Source of the DNA: Candidatus Eiseniibacteriota bacterium | Lineage (GTDB): Bacteria; Eisenbacteria; RBG-16-71-46 | NCBI GenBank assembly: GCA_963744995.1 | Contig: CAVUWA010000002.1 | Span: 1,172,079 to 1,236,078, forward strand | Length of the DNA: 64,000 bases | Direction of reading: 5' to 3' | Part shown: piece by piece, positions 52,539 through 62,454 of the stretch | Layout of the letters: the number at the start of each line of letters is the position of its first letter | How positions within the stretch are numbered: position 1 is the first letter of the stretch | Program-made: the position numbers and the translations under genes | The notes under the pieces: generated by a model | Seen by the model: the letters and a program-made list of their open reading frames with translations, nothing else | Databases searched by the model: none | What the model was told of the DNA's origin: nothing

Positions 52539-54113
52539 ATAGGAACTCTCAGAGTCCCGGTGCGAAGTCTGCACCGCGCCTGCCGCCCGCGCCAGCCTGA
52601 AATCCCGCCGCCGTCGGCCGCGCGTCGCCGCGAGTGGCGTTCGAGAAGCCCGTGTACTACCGCGCGCTCCGTCGGAAGCCCCGCACCCCGTGCCTTCACC
52701 AGAGAACCGCACAGACGGACCCCGCGATGCGTCCCGGAGTTCTCTTCCCGAGCGCGCCCATCGCGGGGGAGGGGATTCCGTCCCCGGCGTTCTGCGTTAC
52801 GCCGCCGCGTCCGCCCACGGTCCGGCGCGCGCGTCGATGCCGTTCCGCTCGAGGTGGGCGAGGATCCGCCGCACCGCCTGCTGTACGGTGACGAACGCGA
52901 TGATGCGCATCGCGCCGGCGCAGGCCGGGCACACGTGGACTTCGATGTCGAATACGCGGCGCAGCAGTTCGGCCCAGCGGCGGCGGCGGGCGCGCAGCGC
53001 GGGCCAGTCGTCCGCGGGTGCCGCGGCCGGGGGTGGCAGCGAGCCCTGTGCGGGCGCGCCTCGCGTGCCCTCGGGCACCACGCCCACGCGCCGCCACCAG
53101 AGCCGGCGCCGTGTGGCGTAGGCACCGTAGTAGCGCACGCGGGTCTCGTAGGGGTCAGGCACGTGCGTGACCCAGCGGGCCAGGAACTCGAGCGCGTCCA
53201 TGCGATGGACGCCGGCATAGGGGCCGCTGGCGGCGTCGGAGACGAGCTCGACCTGGGCACGCTCGGCGTCATAGCGCAGGCGGTCCTCGGCGATCGGAGC
53301 GCGCGCGCCGTAGCGGGCGACACGCGTGAGGCTCGCGCGATCGTCGCCGGCGATCAGCGGGCCGACATGCGCGCCGAAGCCCGAGTGCGGCCAGGCGAGC
53401 ATCGCCGCGGCCGCTTCCTCTTCGAGCCAGCCCTCGCGCACGAACCAGGCGAGGACGGCGCGGCGGAACGCTTCCTGGAGCAGGGCGGGGTCGTGCGCGG
53501 GGGCGGGGTGGAACCGGGCGTCGCGCGTGAACGCGCCGTCGGTGATCAGCACGTGCAGGTGCGGATGCCAGTGCGCGATCGAGCCGAAGGTCTGCACACA
53601 GACGATCGCGCCGGGCGCGGCGTCGCGATCGCCGAGCCCGGCCTGCAGGTAGCGGCTCAGGACGCAGGCGGCGAGTCGGCTCAGGCCGCCGAGGCGGCGG
53701 CGGTCATATAGAAGGTAGGGGCGGAGGCGCTTGGGCAGCGTCAGCACGATCTGGCGGTGCGGCACGTCGAGCAGCAGCGACTCCTCCAGCCACAGGCTCC
53801 ACTCGGAGAGCCGCCGCGCGTGGCACGAAGGGCAGAACTGGCGCCCCTTGCAGCGGAACGCCACCAGGAACTCGGCGCGGCACACCTCGCAGCGCACCCG
53901 CGCGAAGCCGTGCTCGAGCAGGCCGCAGTCGAGGAAGCGGCCGGCGGCGCGGCGCGCGGCCGCGCGCAGCGGGCCGTGCGTGCGCTCGAAGCGCGCCTCG
54001 TGCACGCGCTCCAGGTGCTCGAAGTGGTCGAACAGCACGCGGTAGAGCGGTGAGTGCTCGGGCCGGCGCGGCGTGTAGGGGCGGGGGCGTGCGGGGGCGC
54101 GGGCGCACTCCAT
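52536..54113 (-). mobile_element. IS91/ISCR-like element with the only complete HUH transposase (52797-54113)
   Basis: Zn finger CG...CEVC...CKGRQFCPSC; HPHLH; RVARY (single Tyr, ISCR-like); ~260-bp tail ending TTCCTATTCA. Confidence 0.93.
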
Positions 54114-54138
54114 CGCCCTCTACAGGTGTTCACAATGG

Positions 54139-54419
54139 ATGCCGCTCCGTCGCGCGGAGGGCCTCACGGGCCAGAGCGCCCTGCGTTCGGGGTGCGGACT
54201 GTCAACGCTGGTGTCGGGTTGGACGCGTCGGGCGCAGCGGGCGCGGCCTGCAGTGGAGCGCTCATGACCGGGACAGGAATGCCGCTCCGTCGCGCGGAGG
54301 GCCTCACGGGCCAGAGCGCCCTGCGTTCGGGGTGCGGACTGTCAACGCTGGCGCCCGTTCGGACGCGTCGGGGGCAGTCGGGGGCGGCCCACAGTGGAGC
54401 GCTCATGACCGGTACAGGA
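54139..54419. repeat. Two tandem ~140-bp imperfect repeats upstream of the transposase
   Basis: 54139-54278 vs 54279-54419; first ~72 bp identical; CAGTGGAGCGCTCATGACCGG shared. Confidence 0.9.
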
Positions 54420-54470
54420 GAACGCCGCGAACCAGTGGCCGCACTGCGGCGCGCGCCCTATACTGCGCCC

Positions 54471-54857
54471 ATGTTCGGCTACCGCTCGGGCTTCATGGCG
54501 GGGGATCCGGATCTGCTCGATGCGCTGAGACGATTCCGGCCCGCCGTCGGCGTGGCGACGCCGGAGTTCGTGCAGGCGGCGGCGATCGCCGCGTGGAACG
54601 ACGACGCGCATCCCGAAGACCAGCGCGGCCGTTACGCCGCGAAGCGCAGGATGTTCACCGACTACTTCGCCAAGCGCGGCTGGCGCATCGAGGGGAGCGA
54701 GGCCGGATTCTATCTGTGGTTCGCCGCGCCCGGCGGCGACGACGTCGCGTTCGTCGGGCGCCTCATGCGGCTCGGTCTCGTAGCGCTGCCGGGATCCTAC
54801 CTAGCCGCCGCGGGCGCCGGGTACGTGCGCTGGGCGCTGGTGCCATCGCTCGAGGAT
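54471..54857 (+). pseudogene. C-terminal fragment of a class I aminotransferase (DapC-like)
   Basis: GYRSGFMAGD, VQAAAIAAWNDDAH, FYLW, PGSY, YVRWALVP; PLP-Lys and N-terminus absent. Confidence 0.8.
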
Positions 54858-55299
54858 TCTCGATTTCGCGCCGTACCTGATCACCGACGCGGGCGGCACG
54901 CCGCGCTTCCGCTGCTCGGGCACGCTCGCGCCGGGCGGGCACCTGGTCGTGTTCGGCGGCGACGCCTACAACTGGGAGCACGACAACGGCCAGAGCGCGT
55001 TCGGCCTCTCGCTCGGCAACTCGGGCGACACCGTGATGCTGTGGGAGATCGGCGCGAGCGACACGACGCTGATCGACAGCTACACCTACGCGAGCCACGA
55101 GGCCGCGGCCGATCGCGCGATCGGACGCCTCCCCGACGCGGGCGGCGCCTGGACGCTGTTCGACGGCATGAACCCCTACTCGGGGAGCACCGACCCGCAG
55201 GGCAACGGCTGCAACCCGACGCCGGGCGCGGCCAACACGTGCGACTCGACGCCGGTCGAGAACGCGAGCTGGGGGAGGCTCAAGACGCTGTATCGGTGA
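54856..55299 (+). pseudogene. Lamin-tail-domain protein C-terminal fragment ending PVENASWGRLKTLYR
   Basis: GTLAPGGHLVV, LGNSGDTV, GRLPD, PTPGAAN; no N-terminus or signal peptide. Confidence 0.75.
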
Positions 55300-55475
55300 C
55301 GCAGCGGGTCGTGCCGCGCCGCGCTCGGGGAAGTGATGGCGGTGCGGATCCGATCGGCGGCTGGGGATCAGCAATGCTGAACACGCCGATCTCCATGGGC
55401 AGGATTTTCCATGGAATCTGAGGTCGGCGGGGAGGACAATACGGGGCAGCCGCACGCGCAACACGGAGGTGCCCC

Positions 55476-57623
55476 ATGGCCCGACTTGCCCCCCCCCTTG
55501 CCCTCCTCCTCGCGCTCAGCGCGGTCCTGCTGACCTGCCCGAGCCGGAGTTCTGCCGACTGCTTGCAGTTCGGCCCCATTCCGTTGCCGAACGTTGTCTG
55601 GGGACTCAAAGACTCGGTCTCCGCCTGTCCCGGCGGTGACACGCTGGTGTTCGCCGGAGGCAGCATCCACCCTGCGCGTCTGCGCATCGGCGTGCACTAC
55701 GAGGACGCGTTGTGCAACGTGCGCGCCGGGGTGCCGCCGGAGTCGATCTGGGTGACGTACACAACGGCGAGCGGGAACCTGGCTGTCAACGACGCGGGCG
55801 TCAAAGTCTTCGCGGACGACTCGACCGACGCCGGCGGCAACGCGCGCATCACGATTCCGAGCTTCTCGGGCGCCGGGCGGCTGCAGGTGCGCCTGTACGT
55901 CTCGGGCGTGAGCCAGGGAACGAATCTGGCGTCGGTGCGGACGACGGACACCGATGCGGACGGGCGCACCAGCGCGGCCGATCTCACCGGGCTCGCCGAC
56001 CTCAACTACGACGGGGTGGTGGACGCGGTCGACCAGGCAGCGGTGAGCGCGCACGATCAGCACTGGCACCGGAACGCCCTGCACGGCACGCTGGTCAAGA
56101 GAACCAGTCTTGCTGGCAGCAGCGAGAGCCTCGGTTCGGGCCGGATCTTCTGGTCACCTTCCGGCCGCTATCTCTCGTTTTCCCTTCATCCACCCGGACC
56201 CTGCTCGGTCTTCATCGCGGCTTCGGACCCCGGCGACGGTGGCAATGCACTGCGGCAGGTGACCTTCCCGCCCGCGGGAGAGCCGGACTACGATCCTTCC
56301 TGGTCACCGCTCGGGGACCTGCTGATATATGGGCGGCAGGACAACACTATCTTTGCCCATCGCTTGGTGGGATTCGGTGGCGATGGCAGCACGTATGTCG
56401 TAACAACCCACAATGACGGATCGGTGCCTCCGCAGGGCGACATCGTCGGCACAGTTTATCCCGATGGCCAGTGGGTTGCGTTTTGTCGCCGCGACAACAC
56501 TCAGGGCCCCATTCACATCAACGTCATTCCGATATCGGGCGGCGAGGGAAACATCAGGAAACTCACCAACGCGTCATCGGGGGATTGGTACCCGACTTGG
56601 TCCCCCGATGGCCAGTGGATCACTTTCCAGCGCGAGACGCCCAGCGATCCCTACTACCGCCTGCTCCGCGTAAGGTTCGATGGCGACAGCACGCAAGCCC
56701 CGGAAGAGGTCTTCACGAACAATCAGGGCAAGGGGCCGCAGGAAGATTCGACCACACCCGACGTCAGTCCCGACGGTCTTCTTCTGGTTGCGGGAATCGG
56801 CCCACGGGCACTCGATGCTGTCCATACAGGAACCCTGGATTTGTCGCTCGCAACCAAGCCCGCGATCGCGAACTATTCCGCGCCCGAGTTTGCGGCGAAG
56901 GGGGATCCAAGCTTTCCGATACTGTCACCGATTCTCTCGCCGGATGGGACGAGACTCGCCCTCGCGGCGGACGAGGTTTGGAGTGCGCGACGGAATATGA
57001 ACCTCCCGCCTGTCTTTACATCAACATTTGGTACCTACAACGGAACCCGGACAATCGCCGACACGGCGGTCGTCGTGGACTATGTCTTTGGTCTGGCAGA
57101 GCCCAATATTATCACGGTTCAGGCGAGCGACCCGGAGGACGATGCTTTGACCTACCACGCCGCCTTTCTGCAAACTTGGATGAGTTGGGACCCGGGCAAC
57201 CGTGAGCTCAGTGGCACGCCTCCGCCAGGGACCGCTACTGACACCTACTATGTAAAGTTCTGGGTAACGACGGAGAGCGGAGGAACGGATTCCTTCATCG
57301 CTCGAATAGCCGTACACGTAAGGCAACCCGAGGGTCCGGCGGCGAACCGCAGACTCACGGGAGGCGCCACAAACGGCGAGGGACCCAATCCCACTCGCAC
57401 GACCTTCGCAATGCTGTCCCCATTCGTGCCGGGACAAGTGGCGGAGATGACCATCTTTGACATCACGGGGAGACGGTTGGCCACTGTGCGTGCCCCATCC
57501 GGAGAAAGACTGATCTGGGATGGGATGACCTCGGACGGTGTCCGTGCCGCAACCGGGGTGTACCTGTGGCGGATGGCAGTTGGTGAACGACGCCAGGAGG
57601 GCAAGTTCGTGGTGGTGCGGTGA
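55476..57623 (+). CDS. Secreted TolB/PD40 propeller with dockerin-like, Ig and FlgD/T9SS-like C-terminal domains
   Basis: Signal peptide; DLNYDGVVDAVD; WSPDG repeats; ASDPEDDALTY; PNP...FDITGR...WDG...GVYLWR. Confidence 0.85.
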   Translation: MARLAPPLALLLALSAVLLTCPSRSSADCLQFGPIPLPNVVWGLKDSVSACPGGDTLVFAGGSIHPARLRIGVHYEDALCNVRAGVPPESIWVTYTTASGNLAVNDAGVKVFADDSTDAGGNARITIPSFSGAGRLQVRLYVSGVSQGTNLASVRTTDTDADGRTSAADLTGLADLNYDGVVDAVDQAAVSAHDQHWHRNALHGTLVKRTSLAGSSESLGSGRIFWSPSGRYLSFSLHPPGPCSVFIAASDPGDGGNALRQVTFPPAGEPDYDPSWSPLGDLLIYGRQDNTIFAHRLVGFGGDGSTYVVTTHNDGSVPPQGDIVGTVYPDGQWVAFCRRDNTQGPIHINVIPISGGEGNIRKLTNASSGDWYPTWSPDGQWITFQRETPSDPYYRLLRVRFDGDSTQAPEEVFTNNQGKGPQEDSTTPDVSPDGLLLVAGIGPRALDAVHTGTLDLSLATKPAIANYSAPEFAAKGDPSFPILSPILSPDGTRLALAADEVWSARRNMNLPPVFTSTFGTYNGTRTIADTAVVVDYVFGLAEPNIITVQASDPEDDALTYHAAFLQTWMSWDPGNRELSGTPPPGTATDTYYVKFWVTTESGGTDSFIARIAVHVRQPEGPAANRRLTGGATNGEGPNPTRTTFAMLSPFVPGQVAEMTIFDITGRRLATVRAPSGERLIWDGMTSDGVRAATGVYLWRMAVGERRQEGKFVVVR

Positions 57624-58300
57624 TGGTCGCCCGGCACCATGGTTTGACGGTCGCGCACCGGGCGATTCCAGCCTGGTTTGTGATGATTGCCGGACTCGCC
57701 GCGCTTTCGGTCCCAGCGCGAAGCGACGACTGCGCTCTACATGTGATCGGGATCACTCCCGACCTGGCTAACACCTCGAGCGGGCTGCTCCACAACGGCA
57801 TCGGGGAGACCTTCATTGCCACCGACTCACTCATCACCTCTTTGACGGTATGGCGCGCGGCGTCGGAAGACAGCGCCTGGAACGTCGGGCTTCGCCCCTA
57901 CTTCATGGGAACAGACTCGACCGGGATGCCGGATCGGAATCAGATCCTGTCGGTGGGGCCCACGCTGATCATCCCGAATGGCGACGGCGTTCACCCGATC
58001 GAATTCAAATGGACGTTCGATCCTCCGGTTGTCCTGCCGGCGCCGGGGAAGTACGCCTTTTATCTCTTTCAAGATCCCTGTGGCGCCTGGTTTGATGTCA
58101 TCTCGAACAAGTCCGCGCAGGGTCAGACCTATCCCGACGGGGTGCTGTGGGACAGCGGCCGAAGCTGGGGCTGTACGCCGACGCCGTGGAGTTATCCCTA
58201 TGACGATGCCGACGTGATCTTCCGCATGGAGTTCTGTGACACGTCGACCACGCCGACGCGCGCGAGCTCATGGGGCGACTTGAAGGTCCGATATCGTTGA
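57620..58300 (+). CDS. Secreted protein ending PTRASSWGDLKVRYR
   Basis: Signal peptide; overlaps the upstream stop (GTGA). Confidence 0.8.
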   Translation: MMVARHHGLTVAHRAIPAWFVMIAGLAALSVPARSDDCALHVIGITPDLANTSSGLLHNGIGETFIATDSLITSLTVWRAASEDSAWNVGLRPYFMGTDSTGMPDRNQILSVGPTLIIPNGDGVHPIEFKWTFDPPVVLPAPGKYAFYLFQDPCGAWFDVISNKSAQGQTYPDGVLWDSGRSWGCTPTPWSYPYDDADVIFRMEFCDTSTTPTRASSWGDLKVRYR

Positions 58301-58462
58301 CCGGAGATCGCGCCGACGAGCGGCCGACGTCAACCCCCAGGTGTTGCTGATCGGCTGCGCCCGAGGCGACAACCACTCCCCAAACGAGGGGGGTCGTTGC
58401 GTGCTGTGCGCCCCTGCACCCGCTCCAGGCCCTATTTCCCTCACGTTGACGCCCCACCGGCG

Positions 58463-59622
58463 TGAATAGGAACTCTCACGCTCGCCGCCACCAGCTTCAG
58501 CCCGCGTCGAGCGATGCACCAACCTGAAATCCTACGCCGCCGCCGTGCCGAAGCAACCCTCCGGCCCCTTGAGCTGGCTGCGCGGCAGCGCGTCGCGCCC
58601 CGTTCGGCCCGCGTGGAACCTCGCGCACGCACCGGCCCCACCACGCGTCCCGCGATCGCCCGGTCGCGCCCGGGCAGGGGCGGGGATTCCGTCCCCGGCG
58701 TCCCGCGTTCACGCCGCCGCGTCGGACCACGGCCCGGCGCGCGCGTCGATGGCGCGGCGGTCGAGGTGGGCGAGGATCCGCCGCACGGCGCGCGGCGCGG
58801 TGACGAACGCGACGATGCGCATCGCGCCCGAGCAGGCGGGGCAGACGTGGACCTCGATCTCGAACACGCGGCGCAGCAGCTCGGCCCAGCGGCGCCTGCG
58901 CGCGCGCAGTGCGGGCCAGTCATCCGCGGGCGCCGCTGCCGGGGATGGCACCGAGCCCTGCGCGGCCGCGCCGCGCGTCCCCTCGGGCACGACGCCGCGG
59001 CGTCGCCACCAGAGCCGGCGCCGCGTGGCATACGCGCCGTAGTAGCGCACGCGGGTCTCGTAATGATCGGGCACGTGGGTGACCCAGCGGGCGAGGAACT
59101 CGAGCGCATCCGTGCGATGGACGCCGACGTAGGGGCCGCTGGCGGCATCGGAGACGAGCTCGACCTGGGCGCGCTCGGGGTCATAGCGCAGGCGGTCCTC
59201 GGCGATCGGAGCGCGCGCGCCGTAGCGGGCGACACGCGTGAGGCTCGCGCGATCGTCGCCGGCGATCAGCGGGCCGACATGCGCGCCGAAGCCCGAGTGC
59301 GGCCAGGCGAGCATCGCCTCGGCCGCTTCATCTTCGAGCCAGCCCTCGCGCACGAACCAGGCGAGCACGGCGCGGCGGAACGCTTCCTGGAGCAGGGCGG
59401 GGTCGTGCGCGGGGGCGGGGTGGAACCGGGCGTCGCGCGTGAACGCGCCGTCGGTGATCAGCACGTGCAGGTGCGGATGCCAGTGCGCGATCGAGCCGAA
59501 GGTCTGCACACAGACGATCGCGCCGGGCGCGGCGTCGCGATCGCCGAGCCCGGCCTGCAGGTAGCGGCTCAGGACGCAGGCGGCGAGTCGGCTCAGGCCG
59601 CCGAGGCGGCGGCGGTCATATA
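58463..59622 (-). mobile_element. IS91/ISCR-like element, 5'-truncated, third tail subtype
   Basis: TGAATAGGAACTCTCACG end; HPHLH; homology stops at GTCATATA. Confidence 0.9.
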
Positions 59623-59849
59623 AGAAGTAATCCGGAGAGCGTCCCGCTCCCCGTATTGGTCAGGGTCACCTGCCGGTCGTGGGAAGTGTTGACGATGGCA
59701 GTATCGAAGACCACGGTGGCGGGACTGATGGAGCACTGCCCGGTGGGCGACGGCGCGGTGGTCGGCGCACCCGACTTCTTCCCGCAACTGATCAGCAGAC
59801 CAACGGCAACGATGGACAACGTGACGATGCGAACATGATGCGGCTTCAT
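59623..59849 (-). pseudogene. Lipoprotein with ASH/Ig-like domain, C-truncated
   Basis: Lipobox LLISC; ISPATVVFD...VTLTNTGSGTL; cut where transposase homology begins. Confidence 0.7.
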
Positions 59850-59851
59850 GC

Positions 59852-60523
59852 TCAGGGTTCCTCATCGGGGGCGAGGTGAGCGGTCTGGGGTGGGGCTGGC
59901 GGTTGGGGTTCATTCGCCGGCGGCGCCGAACGACCCGGATGGACGATCCAGGGCGAGCGCTCGAGCTCCTGGAAGAGCGCCGCGCGGTGGCGGTCGGTGA
60001 TACGGGCGTAGATCGACGTCGAGCGGATCGACTGGTGCCCCAGGTGGTCCTGGACGAACTCGAGCGAGACGCCGGCGTCCAGGAGATGCGTGGCGATCGA
60101 GTGGCGCAGGCCGTGGCAGGTGTACCGCGGCGAAAGGTGTGCGGCGTCCCGGTAGCGAACGAACAGCGCCTGGATCTGACGCTTCCGGAGCGGCCCGGGC
60201 CGGCCTGCGAAAAGCGGCGCCTCGGGCTGCAGCGCCAGCCCACGCAAGTAGCGGCGCAAGAGCCGCGCGGTGCCCTGGAACAACGGCCGCTCGGTCCAGG
60301 CCCCGCCCTTGAGGCGCTTGACGATGATGCGGCCACGCTCCAGGTCGATGTCGCCCCGGGTGAGGAGCGCCACTTCCCCGACCCTGAGGCCGTAGTGGTA
60401 GATCAGCGCAAAGAGGGTCCGATCACGGAGCGAACGGATACCCGCGAAGAACGCACGGACTTCGATCTGGGTGAGGTAGCGGGGCAGGTGCTGGCCGGCC
60501 CCAAGCAGGTGGGGCTTGGGCAC
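59852..60523 (-). CDS. FimB/FimE-like tyrosine recombinase (catalytic domain only)
   Basis: RYLT..EV, GLRVGE, KRLKGG, HGLRHS, LGHQSIRSTSIY (R-K-H-R-H-Y intact); start uncertain. Confidence 0.9.
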   Translation of the reverse strand: MPKPHLLGAGQHLPRYLTQIEVRAFFAGIRSLRDRTLFALIYHYGLRVGEVALLTRGDIDLERGRIIVKRLKGGAWTERPLFQGTARLLRRYLRGLALQPEAPLFAGRPGPLRKRQIQALFVRYRDAAHLSPRYTCHGLRHSIATHLLDAGVSLEFVQDHLGHQSIRSTSIYARITDRHRAALFQELERSPWIVHPGRSAPPANEPQPPAPPQTAHLAPDEEP

Positions 60524-60551
60524 TTCGAGGGGAGTGAGGCGGGTAAGGCGA

Positions 60552-60577
60552 CTGCACCCTTTAGCGGGAAGATGCAG
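60552..60577. promoter_or_regulatory. Candidate recombination site, left
   Basis: CTGCACCCTT-TAGCGG-GAAGATGCAG (inverted arms, 6-bp spacer). Confidence 0.75.
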
Positions 60578-60661
60578 TCGAACAGATTGGGTGCGCGTCC
60601 TGCGCACCAGACGCGTGAGTCTCGTAGAGTCGTTCGTTCAGAGGAGGCCGCGGAGTGAGGT

Positions 60662-61993
60662 GGGCCTGTACCGAATTTCGTGTAAGCGACGGGCGGTTGA
60701 CGGCGGTAGTCTCTTCCCGGAAAGGAAGGGACACCATGAAGCGGAAGATCCGCAAGGAGCTATTGGACGAGCTGCTGGCGGGGTACGAGAAGCCCGAGGA
60801 CCTGACCGGGCCCGGAGGGGCTGCTGAAGCAGCTGACCGGGCGCTGGTGGAGCGAGCGCTCGGAGCGCGAGCTGACCGAGCACCTGGGCTACGAGCCCGG
60901 CGAGCCGGAACGGTGCCGACGGCGGAACGCGCGCAACGGAACGAGCGCCGAAGACGCTGATGACCGAGCAGGGCAGATCCCGATCGAGGTGCCGCGCGAT
61001 CGGGCGGGACGTTCGAGCCGCAGCTGGTGAAGAAGCACCAGCGGCGCTTCGACGGGTTCGACGACAAGATCCTGTCGATGTACGCGCGCGGGATGACGGT
61101 GCGCGAGATCCAGGGGCACTGTCGGAGCTGTACGGGACGGAGATCTCGCCGTCGCTGATCTCGGCGGTGACCGACGCGGTGGTCGACGAGGTGACGAAGT
61201 GGCAGGCCGGCCGCTGGATCCGGTCTGGCCGGTGGTCTACCTGGACGCGATCGTGCTGAAGATCCGCGAGCAGGGGCAGGTGCAGAACAAGCACGTGTAC
61301 CTGGCGCTGGGCATCAGCCTCGAGGGCAAGAAGGAAGTGCTGGGGCATGTGGATGGAGACTACCGAGGGCGCGAAGTTCTGGCTGAAGGTGATCACCGAG
61401 CTCAAGAACCGCGGGGTGGCGGACGCGTTCATCATCTGCTGCGACGGGCTGAAGGGCTTCCCGGAGGCGATCGAGGCGGTGTTCCCGCAGACGATCGTGC
61501 AGACCTGCATCGTGCACCTGATCCGCAGCTCGACCCGGTTCGTCGCGTACGGCAACGGGAAGAAGCTGTGCCGGCGACCTGCGCCACGTCTACGGGGCCG
61601 ACACCGAGGAGGCCGCGCTCGCGGCGCTCGGCGAGTTCGAGAAGACCTGGGGCGAGCGCTACCCGATGGTCGGCCAGGCGTGGCGCTCGAACTGGGAGCG
61701 CGTGCGGCCGTTCTTCGCGTTCCCGCGCGAGGTCCGCGAACTGATCTACACGACGAACGCGATCGAGTCGATGAACTCGACGCTGCGAAAGGTGGTCCGC
61801 GTGCGCGCGGCCACTTCCCGAACGACGAGGCGGCGCGTGAAGCTGCTGTATCTGGCGATCCGCAACCTCGAAAAGAAGTGGACGCGGCCAGCCGACGTTC
61901 TGGAACCGCGCCCTCAATCAGTTCGCCATCATGTTCGAGGGAAGACTGCCGGCGTGACCGGGAGGGCGCTTACACAGAAATCTGGACAGTCCC
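60662..61993 (+). mobile_element. IS256-family element (multiple frameshifts) with 8-bp target duplication
   Basis: IRs GGGCCTGTACCGAATTTCGTGTAAG / CTTACACAGAAATCTGGACAGTCCC; AGTGAGGT at 60654-60661 and 61994-62001. Confidence 0.93.
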
Positions 61994-62036
61994 AGTGAGG
62001 TTGCTGTTCGGGGAACAAACTGCTCAAGCCGGTGCT

Positions 62037-62062
62037 CTGCACCCTTCCGCTATTCTGCGCGT
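62037..62062. promoter_or_regulatory. Candidate recombination site, right
   Basis: CTGCACCCTT-CCGCTA-TTCTGCGCGT; spacer is the reverse complement of the left spacer; outer arm degenerate. Confidence 0.7.
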
Positions 62063-62112
62063 TCTGTTCCAAGAACGATACGGCTGGAGAGTGACCCCGT
62101 CAATGGATCCGT

Positions 62113-62205
62113 CATCCCTACGAGCCGCTGCTCGCGATGGAGGAGATCGAGCACCGCAACACGAAGGTCCGTTCACCCCGCCCCAACGGCTTCGTCGAGC
62201 GCATG
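62113..62205 (+). mobile_element. IS481-family integrase-core fragment
   Basis: [31 protein letters not shown]. Confidence 0.7.
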
Positions 62206-62454
62206 ATCCGCACATCAGGGCTATCGGCTCAAAGGCCGGACGCCGGCTCAGGTGCTGCGCGAGGCACTCGGGAGCGAGGAACTTCAGCCTTCATCACGGC
62301 TGAGGAGGAGGCTACGATGCCGGCCGCGTAGTGCTCGGCGGAGGGCCGGGTGTCGGGAGTCCCGTGACTTGAACATTCCTTCACTTCACATCTAGCGGCC
62401 ACCCCTGACGTCAATATCACAACGGTACAGGTAACTCAGAGCCGTTCTCGCTCT

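Noticed and set aside
54139..54419. Possible CRISPR array
   Set aside because: Only two 140-bp units, no spacers, no cas genes
59852..60523. Recombinase as the integrase partner of the adjacent IS91 element
   Set aside because: Separated by an unrelated lipoprotein fragment, absent beside the intact transposase, and has its own candidate sites
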